DNA of 64,000 nucleotides from Mobula hypostoma. Its lineage: Eukaryota. The first letter of the stretch is position 1, and each line of letters starts with the position of its first letter. The notes below the pieces were generated by a model. It saw only the letters and a list, made by a program, of their open reading frames with translations, was not told the origin of the DNA and searched no databases. The translations under genes and the position numbers were made by a program. Of this stretch, positions 22,441 through 35,733 are shown piece by piece. Where the stretch lies: positions 22,384,001 through 22,448,000 of the forward strand of contig NC_086118.1 in assembly GCF_963921235.1 (NCBI RefSeq). Reading direction: 5' to 3'.

Positions 22441-25400
22441 AACCTAGAATGTATAGTTATCAAATCCGGCATCGTGCATTGAGTGCTGTTTTCAGACTGA
22501 TGTTGCTTACAAATATCCTGCTTACTCAGTGGACTAATACACCATAGAAACAACATTCCCAATGGCTCTATACATGACCAGTACATCTTATTCCAGGAAC
22601 CCAATGCTTTAATCTTCCTTTATAAACCTATGATAGTATTCTTTGCTTGAGATAGTATTATATGTCATATACTGTCCCTGGATTTAAAGGGACTCACATT
22701 GAGTTCTCTGGAGCCTCACAGTGAAGGGACCTTGCCCATGATGCATTGTACATCCGGTGGTTCCCTCAGGCACTGGCGCTTCTCTAGACGTACAATTATA
22801 GCCACAAATCCATGTTTGTTTTTGAGGTACTTTCTATCAGTTTGGATAATCAAAATCTTCAATACGTTCTGAATGGCTAAGTGAGAGATTTTGAATACCA
22901 TTTGAAGGAAGAGCTGCCCAGATAATATTAGCTTGCCTGACATTTTGCAGTACTGACCTTGAGGATCAGAGATGATGCGGTGATGGCCTACTTGTCTCTG
23001 TGTGGCTTATCATTCATGGTGCATTGTATATTAAAGAGGCTTTAACTTACATTATTGACCTTAAGGCATATCCCTCATGTGTTTTGCAGTCATCAAATCA
23101 GTTGAGTTAAATGCCTGTAATTTAAATTACTCAAAGACCACGACTAAACACAAATGCATTATCCTGCACTCAAAACCTTTTCAGGGCATTTAACCTTAGA
23201 AAATAGACTAAGTACTTGAGCCATAAAAGGCAAGTAGCCTGGCTCAATGGAGCTTTGACAATTATTTGAAGTTGCATTGAGCTCTGTTGGAGGCTAAAAT
23301 GCTTATTTTTTTCCCATCAGGTGCTTTAGTTGTCAGTTCTGTTTACTAAACTGATTATGTCAAATGCCAGAAGACACTTCTGAGGATCATCCCTGATTCT
23401 TTGACTTGAATACTCTAAATAACTGAGTTGCTAAATGCTAACTGGCCAGGTTCATTCAAAGCAGGTGGTCTCCTGTTTGCACATGGTGATATGCTTAATC
23501 AGTCTAGATGGTACTGGGTTACGGGATGGATGGATGAAGCAAACGTCAGCAAGAAACATAAAATATCACTTTATAATGCCATTGGATTAATTTGTTGTTT
23601 TCTTATTTACTTTGCCATGAAGCAGATTTCTTGATGTAGCTCTAATAGGGAAAGATATCTTAGTTTGACATGGAGCCAAGAGGTTGATAAAATTAATTCA
23701 AATCCACAACAAATCATAAGTGCATTCCATTCTGGGGGAAAAAAATCTCACTTCATGTACATTAGGAAGGCCATCAGCCATGGGTATAGTTCAGTTCCCA
23801 TTAAAAAGTTTAAACAACAGTCACCAAATCTGACCATCTGAGCCGGTGTTTACTGTCCCCTAAATAATTCTTGACATGATTAGAGTCTGAAATGGCTCCT
23901 AACTATGTTTGGAAAGGTTTAACTTGCACTTTTTATCCCAGCAGGTAATTATAAGCAATCAATTGCTCTTAGAGACGAAGTGCTCTCTCCTCCCTAAGCT
24001 GGTCCCTCATCAGGAGCCTTCTAGTCTGTGAGAATGAACGGATCATGAATTTCCATTGAGTCCAGATTTAAATACTGATTACAAATTGAAAACAATTTTC
24101 ATTCCTATTTCTACAAAGGGATAGTGTAAAACTGTGTTATTTTAAACTGTGAAGTTGTTTTATAAGGTGTGCATTTCCTGCTTCTACCAATGATATTGAT
24201 CTGCAGATTTTTCTGTTGGGAGAGGTGGGACAAGAGTAGATTACCTCTCAAGGCAACTCTAATGTTCTGTAAATTCACAACTGTATTTCTACCTCCACTT
24301 CACTTTTCTGATTTACCTACAGCCATTTCAAAGTGAATAAATAAAACAAATCTACTTTTTTGTGTTTGTTTTGAGGTTATTGCTGCACTTTGGTCATAGG
24401 CTGAAATAATTTGATTTCTCTGTTCTGATTTAAGATGTCAGTAGCATCCAATTGAGTTGCATTAAACCAGCTGTGAGAGATGCTTTTTGGAAGAGTTTGC
24501 AGCTTTCTAATCTGGTATCATTATGACTGGGAAAGCATCAAGGCTTTAAAATACTGTTAAGCCTGTAAGTGGTGCATTGGATCAGTTGCAAATGCTGCAT
24601 CATTAAATGCCATCATAACATCCTGTCAAAGTATCCAAACAGATAATGCCTACTGTGACATACGGTGTATTGGGCTGAGATTAGGCAACTGTAATCTTGT
24701 CTTCTGATCTCATCTATTTCAATCTAACTAGTGACAGCTGGAAGATAATAAATTTTTCTTTTCCTTAGTGATTGCAGCAGTTTTAAGTTAATAAATCATA
24801 TTTATTTTGTAAAAAAAAGGTATGTTAGTTTATATTTGATCTACTCTTTGTTTTAGAATTAATTGAACAATCAACCTCATTGGCCTTTTCATTAGGGTAT
24901 GGAACACAAAAATTCATTCTAGTTCACACTAATTGTAGATCAAAGCAATTAAAAAGTGCATTAATGGTAAAAGGCTCTGCCCACTCTCTCTATTTCATAA
25001 CCTTTTCATACCTGAAGATTAACTATTCTACAATTACAAGTCTCCCCAAAATCCTTCACTGCTACTTTCCACCTTCCTGCTCTCCATCCTCCCCGAATAC
25101 CTGAGGATATCTCCAAGAATTGATTGTTGTCACTTGCTTATCTTTCTAAAGCTGTCTGTCAGGTTGTCAATTAGCCCTGCTGCAGATTGAGAAAAGGACT
25201 GAACAAAAAACATTCCAGTTTTGCTCACATCCTTAGCAGAACACCTCCATCAAAGGCTCTCCCAATAAATAGCCAGCTCAACGTTCAACTGTTGCTCATA
25301 ATCCGATCCATCTCAGAAGCTGAATTTAGTGAGTTGGCAGCATGAAATTAGTCTGGGTCCCATCCACTTTCATTCAAGAAAAATTTCTACAGGTATTTTC

Positions 25401-25724
25401 TAATATATCTTGTTATGCCATTGAAGGTCTTTTCGGCACACCACATATACTATTTTATGGAGAAGTACCTTTCATTGACAAATATCTTCCCTCAAAGCCA
25501 TATATCCCATATTCCCATTAATTCCCTCCTTACATACTTGGGGCAAGAAACCAACTAGGATGTCTGAATACAAGTCATTGGATAAAAGAAGCAAAACTCT
25601 GAGAAAGAGAGAGTGCAGCTTCATTTAAATTCCGAGACAGTGCAAATGTCGATTGAATTATAGATGGTGCTAATAATACTGTCGGCAGCCAGTAACACTT
25701 ATAACTTCACTTGATACTTGAATG

Positions 25725-25850
25725 ATGCTCTGATGTTGGGTCTCAACCTGAAATAGTGACAATTCCTTTCCTTCTGCAGATGCTGCTCAATCCACTGAGC
25801 TCCCCCAGCATTTGCTCGGGACTTCAGATTCCAGCATCAGCTGATGTGTC
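25725..25850 (+). mobile_element. Old Penelope terminal fragment
   Basis: Degenerate hammerhead CTGATGTTGGGTCTCAACCTGAAAT followed by AGATGCTGCTC...CTGAGCTCCCCCAGCA. Confidence 0.6.
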
Positions 25851-25994
25851 TCAGTCATACACTATAGGTTTGTGTGCATCTTTGGCTACAATACAAATCA
25901 CAAACTGTAAGCCCCAGATATTATTAATCAGCTTCAGGAAAGTCAAGTCATTAGACATTTTGTCTGATAACATCATGTCTCATGACTTGCTTTC

Positions 25995-27580
25995 AAAGTC
26001 AGAATCAGGTTTATAATCACTGGCGTGTCGTGAAATTTGTTAACTTAGCAACAGCAGTTCAATGCAATACATAATATAGAAGAAGAAGAAGAAGAAGAAG
26101 AAATAATAAATAAATAAATTAATTATAGTATATGTATATTGAATAGATTAAAAATTGTGCAAAAACAGAAATATTATATATTTTTAAAAAGTGAGGCATT
26201 GTTCACGGGTTTAATGTCCATTTAGGAATCAGATGGCAGAGGAGAGGAAGCTGTTCCTGAATTGCTGAGTGTGTGCCTTCAGGCTTCTGTACCTCCTACC
26301 TGATGGTACTGATGGTAACAGTGGGGAAGGGCATGCCCTGGGTGCTGGAGGTCCTTAATAATGGACGCTGCCTTTCTGAGACACCACTCCTTGAAGATGT
26401 CCTGGCAACTTTGTACGCTAGTACCCAAGATGGAACCGACTAAATTTACGACCCTCGGTAGCCCACTGTGCATTCCCCCTCCCCCCATACCAAACAGTGG
26501 TGCAGCCTGTCAGAATGCTCTCCATGGTACATTTATAGACGTTTTTGTGTGTTCTTGTTCACATAAATCCCTTCAAACTCCTAATGAAGAACAGTCGCTG
26601 TCTTGCCTTCTTTATAGAGGCATTGTGGATAGTGTGGAGGGCTGTCAGAAGTTATAGCAGGACATTGATAGGATGCAAAACTGGGTTGAGCAGTGGCAAA
26701 TAGAGTTCAACCCAGATAAGTGTGAGGTGGTTCATTTTGGCAGGTGAAATATGATGTCAGAATATAGTATTAATGATAAGACTCATGGCAGTGTGGAGGA
26801 TCAGAGGCATCTTGGGGTCCGAGTCCATAGGACACTCAAAGGAGCTGTGCAGGTTGACTGTGCAGTTAAGAAAGCATATGGTGCACTGGCCTTTATCAAC
26901 CATGGGATTGTGTTCAAGAGCTGACAGGCACAGTTGCAGCTATTTAGGACCCTGGTCAGACCCCACTTGGACTATTGTGCTCAGTTCTGGTCACCTCACT
27001 ACAGGAAAGATGGGGAAATAATAGAAAGGGTGCAGAGGAGATTTACAAGAATGTTACCTGGATTAGGGAGCATGCCTTATGAAAATAGGTTGAGTGAACT
27101 TGGCTTTTTTTCCTTGGAGCGACGGAGGATGAGAGGTGACCTGATAGAGGTGTATAAGATGATGAGAGGCATTGATCATGTGGATAGTCAAGGCTGAAAT
27201 GGCTAACATGAGACGGCACAGTTTCAAGGTGTTTGGAAGTAGGTACAGAGGAGATGTCAGGGGTAAGTTTTTATGCAGAGAGTGGTGAGCGTGTGGAATG
27301 GGCTACCAGTGATGGTGGTGGAGGTGGATATGATAGGGTCTTTTCAGAGACTCCTGGATGGGTACATGGAGCTTAAAAAAATAAAGGGCTATGGGTGACC
27401 CTAGGTAATTTCTAAAGTAAGTACATTTTCGGCACAGCTTTGTGGGCCAAAAGGGCCTGCATTGTGCTCTAGGTTTTCTATGTTTCTATTGATATGTTGG
27501 GACCAGGTTAGATCCTCAGAGATTTTGACACCCAGAAACTTGAAACTGCTCACTCTCTCCACTTCTGATCCCTCTGTGAA
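25995..27580 (-). mobile_element. L2/Rex1-like LINE 3' portion (25995-26620 and 27490-27580) split by a CR1
   Basis: ORF 26279-26488 CLRKAASIIKDLQHPGHAL; EVERVSSFKFLGVKISEDLTWSQHI at ~27490-27580; (GAA)n at ~26078-26101. Confidence 0.85.
26621..27488 (+). mobile_element. 5'-truncated CR1 LINE
   Basis: LVRPHLDYCAQFWSPHYRKD...ERRRMRGDLIEVYKMMRG (26934-27197); TTCTATGTTTCTA tail. Confidence 0.92.
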
Positions 27581-28269
27581 GATTTTGGATGCAATTTGTA
27601 GATTATCCCCAGACTGAAACCATCCATGGAAGAGAACAATGGCATATTGGTAATGCCAAGGAGGCAGAAACAAAGAAAAGTCTCCCACATGTACATTTGA
27701 TCGTAAATTGACTGGGTAAGATTTAAGATTGTAATGACATTATTTGGTTTAGAAATTTCTCTTGGATTGAGGTTGATTGTACTTTGAGGTGGACGACCCA
27801 CTCAATGCCTGTCTCAAATAGGACATTGATTATACAAGTGATGATTTCATTAGTTAGGGAGCACAGTAATTGCTGGTAAACTATCTGTGAGTGTTCCTCA
27901 GAAGATGGTGTTGAGTCCTTTTCTTGAGCCACTGCAGCTATTGGTGCATGTACTGAACTTCCATAGAGGAGATTTAGTCATTTAAGACACTGATATATTT
28001 CAAAATCAGAATGGTGTTTGAATGGGAAGCTGTGGTGCCATGAACTATTGCCCTTGCTCTTCATGGAGGGAAGGTTGCAGGTTCGGAAGCTGCCCCTGCC
28101 TATGTTGAGCTGAATGACATGGTGCATCGATAGTAGAAGGAGAGGCGTCAGTTGCCAGATCAGTGGCCATATTGCTCTGGGCCAGGATGCTGTTGAGCTA
28201 CTTTCATACTTTTAGATCTATACTCATCCAGACAAATGGAGAGTACCTCAAATACTTTTAACACGTCAG

Positions 28270-28905
28270 ATAGAAACACAGAAACATAGAAAATAAGTGC
28301 AAGAGTAGGCCATTCGGCCCTTCGAGCCTGCACCGCCATTCAGTATGATCATGGCTGATCATCCAACTCAGAACCCTGCACCAGCCTTCCCTCCATACCC
28401 CCTGATCCCTTTAGCCACAAGGGCCATATCTAACTCCCTCTTAAATATAGCCAATGAACTGGCCTCAACTGTTTCCTGTGGCAGAGAATTCCACAGATTC
28501 ACCACTCTCTGTGTGAAGAAGTTTTTCCTAATCTCGGTCCTAAAAGGCTTCCTCTTTATCCTCAAACTGTGACCCCTCGTTCTGGACTTCCCCAATATCG
28601 GGAACAATCTTCCTGCATCTAGCCTGTCCAATCCCTTTAGAATTTTATATGTTTCAATCAGATCCCCCCTCAATCTTCTAAATTCCAACGAGTATAAGCC
28701 CAGTTCATCCAGTCTTTCATCATATGAAAGTCCTGCCATCCCAGGAATCAATCTTGTGAACCTTCTTTGTACTCCCTCTATGGCAAAGATGTCTTTCCTC
28801 AGATTAGGGGACCAAAACTGCACACAATACTCCAGGTGTGGTCTCACCAAGGCCTTGTAAAACTGCAGTAGTACCTCCCTGCTCCTGTACTCGAATCCTC
28901 TTGCT
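28270..28905 (-). mobile_element. 5'-truncated CR1 LINE, same subfamily as 1-1761
   Basis: Uninterrupted ORF 28368-28850 is nearly identical at its C-terminus to ORF 1359-1664; same 3' UTR and tail. Confidence 0.95.
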
Positions 28906-29377
28906 ATTAAAAGACTTTGAGTCAGGAGGTAAACTGATGCAACAGGATAATCAAAATTTGTCCTAATTTTGCAGTCACAGGTTTTCTATGGCTGTCTAGT
29001 TTGTTTCTAACCAATGATCACAATGCCCACCCACCATCTACCCTGGGGCATTGGTACTGAGAAATTCAGAACTGAAATGTCACCGAAGTGTAGATGGTCA
29101 GAAGCCCTTATTGGGGATGGTTCATTCTTGATACTTTCTCCATGTGGATGTCACTTACTGATCAGCAATCTATACATAAATGTTGTTTGCTCTCTCCTGC
29201 ATTTAAACACCAGCTGCTTCCTTTTCTGAGAATTACAAGTGGAATCAAATTTTGTGCAATTAGCAATCAAGACTCTCACTTCTGATCTTGTGATAGGAGG
29301 AGATCATTGAAGACACATATGAAAACCTTCTGGGGCTGATCATACTGCCCTGGGAACAGTTTCAGTGAGGTCTTTTT

Positions 29378-30006
29378 TTTAGATTAGATTATGAGGACAT
29401 GCAGTCCTCTTTTATTGTCACTTAGTAATGCATGCATTAAGAAATTATACAACATTCCTCCGGTGTGAGGTCACAGAAACACAGGACAGACCAAGACTGA
29501 AAAACTAACAAAAACCACATGATTATAACGTATAGTTACAACAGTGCAACAATACCATAACTTGATGAAGAACAGACCATGAGCATAGTAAAAAAGTTCA
29601 AAGTCTCTCGAAAGTCCCACATCTCACGCAGACAGAAGAAGGAAGAAAACTCTCCCTGCCATGCCTGACCACAGTCCGACTCTGAGTCGTCTGAAAACTT
29701 CGAGCTCTGATCAGCTCTCCAACACCGAGTACCGACCACCATCTCTGCCGAATGCTTCGACCCCAGCCTCGGTCGCCAGCAGCAGGCAAAGCCGGGGATT
29801 TTGGGGCCTTCCCTCCGGAGATTCTCAATCGCACAGTAGCAGCGGCAACGAACCGGGCATTTCAGAAATTTCTCCAGATGTTCCCCTGTGCCTTCTCGCA
29901 TCTGTCTCTATCAAATCAGAATTATGCGCAGCCCCTTACTTACAAATATGATATCATTTCACCGGAGAGGCTACGCGCGCTGCATCGTGCCGCCATCTTC
30001 TCCTCC
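29378..30006 (-). mobile_element. Short non-coding LINE-related non-autonomous element (putative)
   Basis: Minus 5' end AAGATGGCGGCAC (plus 29989-29999 GCCGCCATCTT); CpG-rich body; LINE-like 3' end GTGACAATAAAAGAGG...ATAATCTAATCTAAAAAAAA; no RT coding. Confidence 0.55.
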
Positions 30007-30329
30007 TGCCTTCGGCCTGAGGTGACGAACCAGCAACTACAACTATCTTCTATTATGTAAAGCACAACTCTAGTTAATGGCAGATGATTGCCACTGACAG
30101 TATTTATTAAATGGAATCCTCTACGATCATTCAAGATGTTGGCTTTATGTAAAAGGCAGTCAGTCTGATGTCTGGGACTAAACTCCTTTGGTAATATCCA
30201 CAGTAAGGATGCAGTCATGCCTTTAGCTTACTGAACATACCAAATAGAACAAAGAATCAGTGAGAGGGTCATTGCTAAATGATGTTTGATTGCACTCATG
30301 ACGTTACTTTGCAAGTAGTTGAGATTGTG

Positions 30330-32830
30330 ATGGTGGTGCAATGCATCAAGATATCAGAGGTATGTGAATACCATGGGTTCCAGCTGCCAGCATCGTCTAC
30401 TGTTCATTACGGACACCCTTTTGTGGCGACGTTTTCTCTGTGATATGGATGCTCAAATGAGTGTGCTGCCAGCATAGCCTATTGATGAGAAGGCAAAGAG
30501 CAACAGAACCTTACTGGAGGCTGCCGACAGCAGCAAGATCCAGATTTACGGGACATGATGTTTGATGTTCTGCTTCAGTGGGCGATGTTACACAGGGGAC
30601 CATGTCCTGGGTAAAGTGGCTAGACCCCTGCTCGGTGTAGTTTTCCTGTGTGCCCAAGGAATGTTGGCCTATCTTAAGAACTGCTGGCTTGTGAATGTCA
30701 AGGACTTTGGGCTGTTACTCTGCTTCCCCAGTAAGTTCCCCAAAATGACTCCCTCAAGCGCATTCACCACTGCATGTGAGTTTACTCAACTGCCGGGCAA
30801 ATTCCCAAACCTCACCAAGCCCACATCCTCCACTACCATCACAAAACATGTGGTCAAGCACCACATTCCCACAACTGGCACACCAATCCATGCCCGTGCA
30901 TGTAGACTGGATCCAAAAAATCTGGCAAACACCAAGGCTGAGTTAGGCAACATGGAAAGGATTGTACACCGGTCGAATAGCCTCTGGGCTATGCCCCTCC
31001 ATGTGGCCTGTAAGTCCAATGGTGGATGCTGATGCCTTAGCGAGGCTACCAGCCCCGATTGTTACCCGGTACCACACATTCAAGACTTTTTGGCTCATTT
31101 AGCCAAAAAGTAATTTCTTTCAAATCCGATCTAGTTAGGAGATCCATCAGGTATCTGTGTGCTCAGAGGACATTCTCAAAGCAGCTGTGATAACCCTGTA
31201 TAGTGCACTTAAAAGCAATACCCCTGATCACGTGCTTGACTGGTCAGCAGACATGACCAGGGCATTTAATGATACCAAATGAGCTTTCTAATATGACACC
31301 TATAGCCATTACAATTGATGCCTCAGACTATGCTGTGTACGGACATCTGACTGGAAGTGTGTGGCACCTGCTCACCTTCTTCAGTTGGCAGCTCCATTCC
31401 CCTGAAAAGAAGTACAGCACATTTGACCGTGAGCTTCTCGGTCTCTATCTTCTTCTAGAGGGTCACCTTTTCACAGCGTTTGTTGAGCACAAAACCTTTG
31501 TGCACGTGTTGGCCAAAATATCAGACCTTAGGACTGCACAGCAGCAACACCATCTGGCCTACGTATCTGAGCTTACAACACACCAAGGGGAAAAATAATG
31601 CCTTGGCCGTTTGCCTCTCACGACCAGCTATTGAGGCCGTACACATAGGGTTGACTATGCCAGCATGACAGCCAACCAAGCTACTGACCCAGAGGTCCAG
31701 ACTTACTGTAAAGCAGTCACAAGCCTGCAGTTGGCTGATATTACGTTTAGGGAAGCTGGGGTTTCTTTCCTGTGTGATGCCCCATAGTGCCCGCAAATTG
31801 GAGATGAACTGTTTTCAACTCCGTATATGGCCTCTCGCATCCAGGCTGAAAGACCTCACAGTAACTGGTTGTACTAAAAGTTTGTTTGGCACAGCCTCAG
31901 AAAGGCGTGCATGATTGGATGGCAGCTTGTGTGAAGTGCCAGTGGGCAAAGATTAACTATCATGCTCAGACGCCTCTGGCACCTTCTGAGGTCCCTGAGT
32001 GATGGTTTGAACATGTCAATGTGGACCTTGTTGGTCCTCTTCCCCCCTCCCACAGTGTCACGCACTTCATTACTACGGTGGACCGCAGCACTAGGTGGCC
32101 AGAGGTCATCCCTCTAGCATCGACGATGGCCGCCGCAGACATGGCTCTGGCATTCATCAGCACCTGGTTTGCTTGGTTTGACACCCCATTTGATATTTCC
32201 TCTGGCCTCTGGGCTGCGATAGCCCAGAACCTCAGCGAGCTGGTTGAGCTGGTATATGGGCAGCCGTTATGCGTGCCAGGAAATTTCATCCCCAACGCCA
32301 TGACAGCCTGGTCGGCCTGTCAGCAGCGTTCCACCCTCCTCAGTAAACTCAATTCCTTTTCACCTATTCCTGCCTCTCATTATAGCGTACAGCACTCTTA
32401 CACCTGCATTCCGCCTATCTGTTTTCGTCCACCATGATGCACACCAACATCCTCTTAGGCCCCCTTACAATGGCCTGTTCCACATTTTGGAATAGGGAGA
32501 AAAGACCTTTATCATAGATAAGAGAGGGAAACCTGAAGGTATTTCGATAGACCACCTTAAACCGGCCCACCAAGGTTGGGAGCATTCTGCTTCCACGCCC
32601 CTGCCGTCACAACATGGCCATGAGCATGTCAGTGCACTTTCAGACAAGCCAGGGGCACCTGCAGTTCCTCCACTCATGGAACACAGGACCCCAGCCAGGC
32701 AGCTCACCCGAGCTCCAGACAGGCTCACAAAGGCGGTTTAGTGAATTCTGGGGGTGGTGGCGGGGGGGGGGGACCTGTGTAGGGTAACATAATTGGAAGA
32801 AGTGTACATAATTGTGAAGCAGTGAACTCT
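30330..32830 (+). mobile_element. Ty3/Gypsy element (CsRn1-like), decayed pol plus start of 3' LTR
   Basis: Protease-like RRFLCDMDAQMSVLP (~30425-30470); HHIPTTGTPIHARACRL; YPVPHIQDF; RNase H DASDYAV and KYSTFDRELL; integrase DLVGPLPPS, TRWPEVIPL, IDHLKPA; G-rich PPT ~32749-32773 followed by TGTGTAGGG. Confidence 0.85.
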
Positions 32831-33285
32831 GCTTGGTTGGACCAAGTCAGGTTATTTGTGATATTAACCCTAAGGAACTTAAAGCTTTTGACCTGTTCCT
32901 CTTGCGCACCATCGATGTAAATTGGGCCGTGCGGTTCGCTACTCCTTCAGAAGTCAACAACCAATTCCTTCGTCTTGCTGACGTTGAGGGATAGGTTATT
33001 GTCTTTGCACCATGCCACCAGGTTCTTAATTTCCTCTCTGTACTTAAACTCATCTTTTCCCGAGATACGGCCTACAATTGTTGTGTCATCAGCAAACTTA
33101 TATATTGAGTTTGATGGAAACTTAGCTACACAATCATGGATGTACAGTGAGTACAGCAGGGGGCTGAGTACACAGCCTTGTGGGGCACTGGTGCTCAGAG
33201 TGATTGTAGAGGAGAGCTTGTCCCCTATTTTTACAGCCTGGGTCCTGTCTGTGAGGAAGTTGAAGATCCAGCTGCAGATCTGACT
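32831..33285 (-). mobile_element. Well-preserved L2/Rex1-like RT fragment
   Basis: Minus frame [16 protein letters not shown]...[15 protein letters not shown]...[10 protein letters not shown]...[15 protein letters not shown]. Confidence 0.9.
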
Positions 33286-33289
33286 GCTA

Positions 33290-33560
33290 AGGCAGTGACC
33301 GTTAAAGATGGCGCCGGTAACTGGCGACTTGCGCTTGCTCTCCCGAGCAAACTGCCCTCTCCACTACCCTATATCCGAGAAACCCTTCTAATCCTCCAAT
33401 CTAGCAAGATGAAGATCAATAACACCCTGGCGAAGCTACTGACCCAGCTGGAGACCACCACACCAGAACTGCTTCTTAAACTCCTGACCGAACCTGGACC
33501 CGACCACGTTCCCGGAGACCCGCGGTCTGGAACAAACAGACAAACAAAACAAAACAAGTT
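33290..33560 (+). mobile_element. Probable LINE 5' end (CpG-rich, YY1-like AAGATGGCG)
   Basis: AAGATGGCGCC at 33305-33315 at the start of a CpG-rich segment. Identity as a LINE 5' UTR is inferred. Confidence 0.4.
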
Positions 33561-33799
33561 CTGCAACAAATTTCATCGCCACAGCTACAACGTTGCCAAG
33601 TCCTGTTCCATTTGTCACATCCAGTATTCACAAGCATGTCTAGATAATGCACAGAATGAATTAAATTGGTGGACGGCAGTTTTTTGTGGAAACCTCAGGC
33701 CAAAATGAAATATCCAGTCCACACTTCTGGCTGAAGATGGTGACAAATACTTCAGCAGTGTCTTTGACTTTGCATCTTCTGGTGCAGGCTGTCACGCAT

Positions 33800-34590
33800 T
33801 AGGTCGTGTGCTTAGCCCTGTGCTCTACTAACATTACACTTTTGATTGTGTGGCTAAGCACAGCTCCAATGCCGTATTCAAGTTTGCTGGTGACACCACT
33901 GCTGCAGGCCGATTCAAAGGTGGTGATGAACCAGCATATAGGAGGAAGTTAGAAAATCTGGCTGTGTGGCACCATAACAACAACCCATTACTCTATGTTA
34001 GCAAGACCAAGGAACTGACCATTGACTTCAGGAGAAGGAAACCAGAGGTCCATGAGTCAGTCCTCATCAGAGTATCAAAGGTGGAGAGGGACAGCAACTT
34101 TCAGTTCCTCAGTGTTATTATTTAGGAGGACCTGTTCTGGGCCCAGCACATAAGTGCAATTACGAAGAAATCACAGCAGCACCTCAAGTTTGTGAAGATT
34201 TGGCCTGACATCTAAAACTTTGACAAACTTCTACAGATGTGTAGTGGAAAATATAATCATGGCCTGGTGTGGAAACACCAATGCCCTTGAATGGAAAATC
34301 CTACCAAAAGTAGTGAAAATGGCCCAGCCCATCATGGATAAATCTCTCCCCACCATTGAGCATGTCTACACGAAACACTGCCACAGGAAAGCAGCATCCA
34401 TCATCAGGGACCCCCACCACCCAAGACATGCTTTCTTCTCACTACTGCTGTCAGATTCAGACCACCAGGTTCAGGAACAATGTCACAGTTATAATTCTAT
34501 TATGGATTTAATGAGTATGCCTGCAAGAAAATGAATCTCGGGGTTGTATATGGTGATACAATAAATTTTCTTTGAAATTTGAACTTTGAG
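33800..34590 (+). mobile_element. L2/Rex1-like LINE 3' portion
   Basis: KFAGDTT, VSKTKELTIDFRR, KAASIIRDPHHPRHAFFSLL; tail AAATTTGAACTTTGA. Confidence 0.88.
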
Positions 34591-35733
34591 GTATGGTGTA
34601 AACAGACACACCAACTTCATGAATAAAAAACATAATAGATCAACTTTAATAGAAGTTGGAATGTGGTTTATAAATTAATAGCATATTTCATGCTATTCTT
34701 TGGGAGCTTTAAGCATGAGCAGCCTGAATTTTCTCAACTTTACTAGCTGATGAGTAACACAGAGTACAGCACATTAACCAATGGTTAAGATTTACTTGCA
34801 ATGATAAGAATTCAGTAGTATTGAATTTCTCCCTTGATATGCCATATCCACTTATACCATAATTCTTTACACCTGGGCTGAAGTGTTGAGTTGACCAACC
34901 TGGTATAGATTCACTGAAATGTTTCCCCACAGACTGAATAAAATGTATCACAAGTTAAAAAAAAATACATACACTGTATATGTTCTTTGGTAATGCCATC
35001 TTCCTGGAGACACAGACACAGCCTCTGGGTTGGCCAGGAATACCATTCAGCTCTGCTCCCAGGAGTATTCGTACTAAGACACGGCAGTGTGCAACATGAC
35101 TGAAAGAGAAATGGGCATAATTTCAAATTTGATATCTTTTCCCTGATCTGAAACAAAGTGAATCTATTAACAAAAAAAATCTACTTTTACAGGTGAGCAG
35201 ATATTAAATTTTCACCACTTGTTATTAAGGCAGCAATTACAGGACAGAACAGTAACTGATGGTTGAAATATCGAGGTCTCATTACACAGGGAGTTGTTGC
35301 TGAGTTCCAATAGGTTGCGTGCTGTAATTAGTTAATTACAAAGAAACTGCTTAAATCAAGGGTGTATTGCAGTGACAGATCTTTCAAAGCACAAGCCCAG
35401 AACTGAATCACAACTGATGCATTGTATCAAGCCTGGGACCATGGTTAAATTTATTCAGAATTAAGTCTCCCTCAAGACCTGGAATGTTGGAAATAAACAA
35501 CCAGTCAGTCAACCTACCTTTCAATTCTGAGGTTAATGAACTTGCTGAAGACTCCAATTGCTTTGTCCTATTCAGATAACTGAGACCAAGGTTTGGATGA
35601 CATTATTATTTGAGCAGAACTCGTTTCAATCTGCACAGTCACAAATAATTAAATAACCTCCCAAGACCAGAGGTAGTGACTCACTTTTGATTACTAATGC
35701 TGAACACCTTTAGAATTTTGGCTAAATGATATA

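Noticed and set aside
33290..33350. HDV-like ribozyme at the putative LINE 5' end
   Set aside because: Only two small hairpins visible; could not build the nested double pseudoknot.
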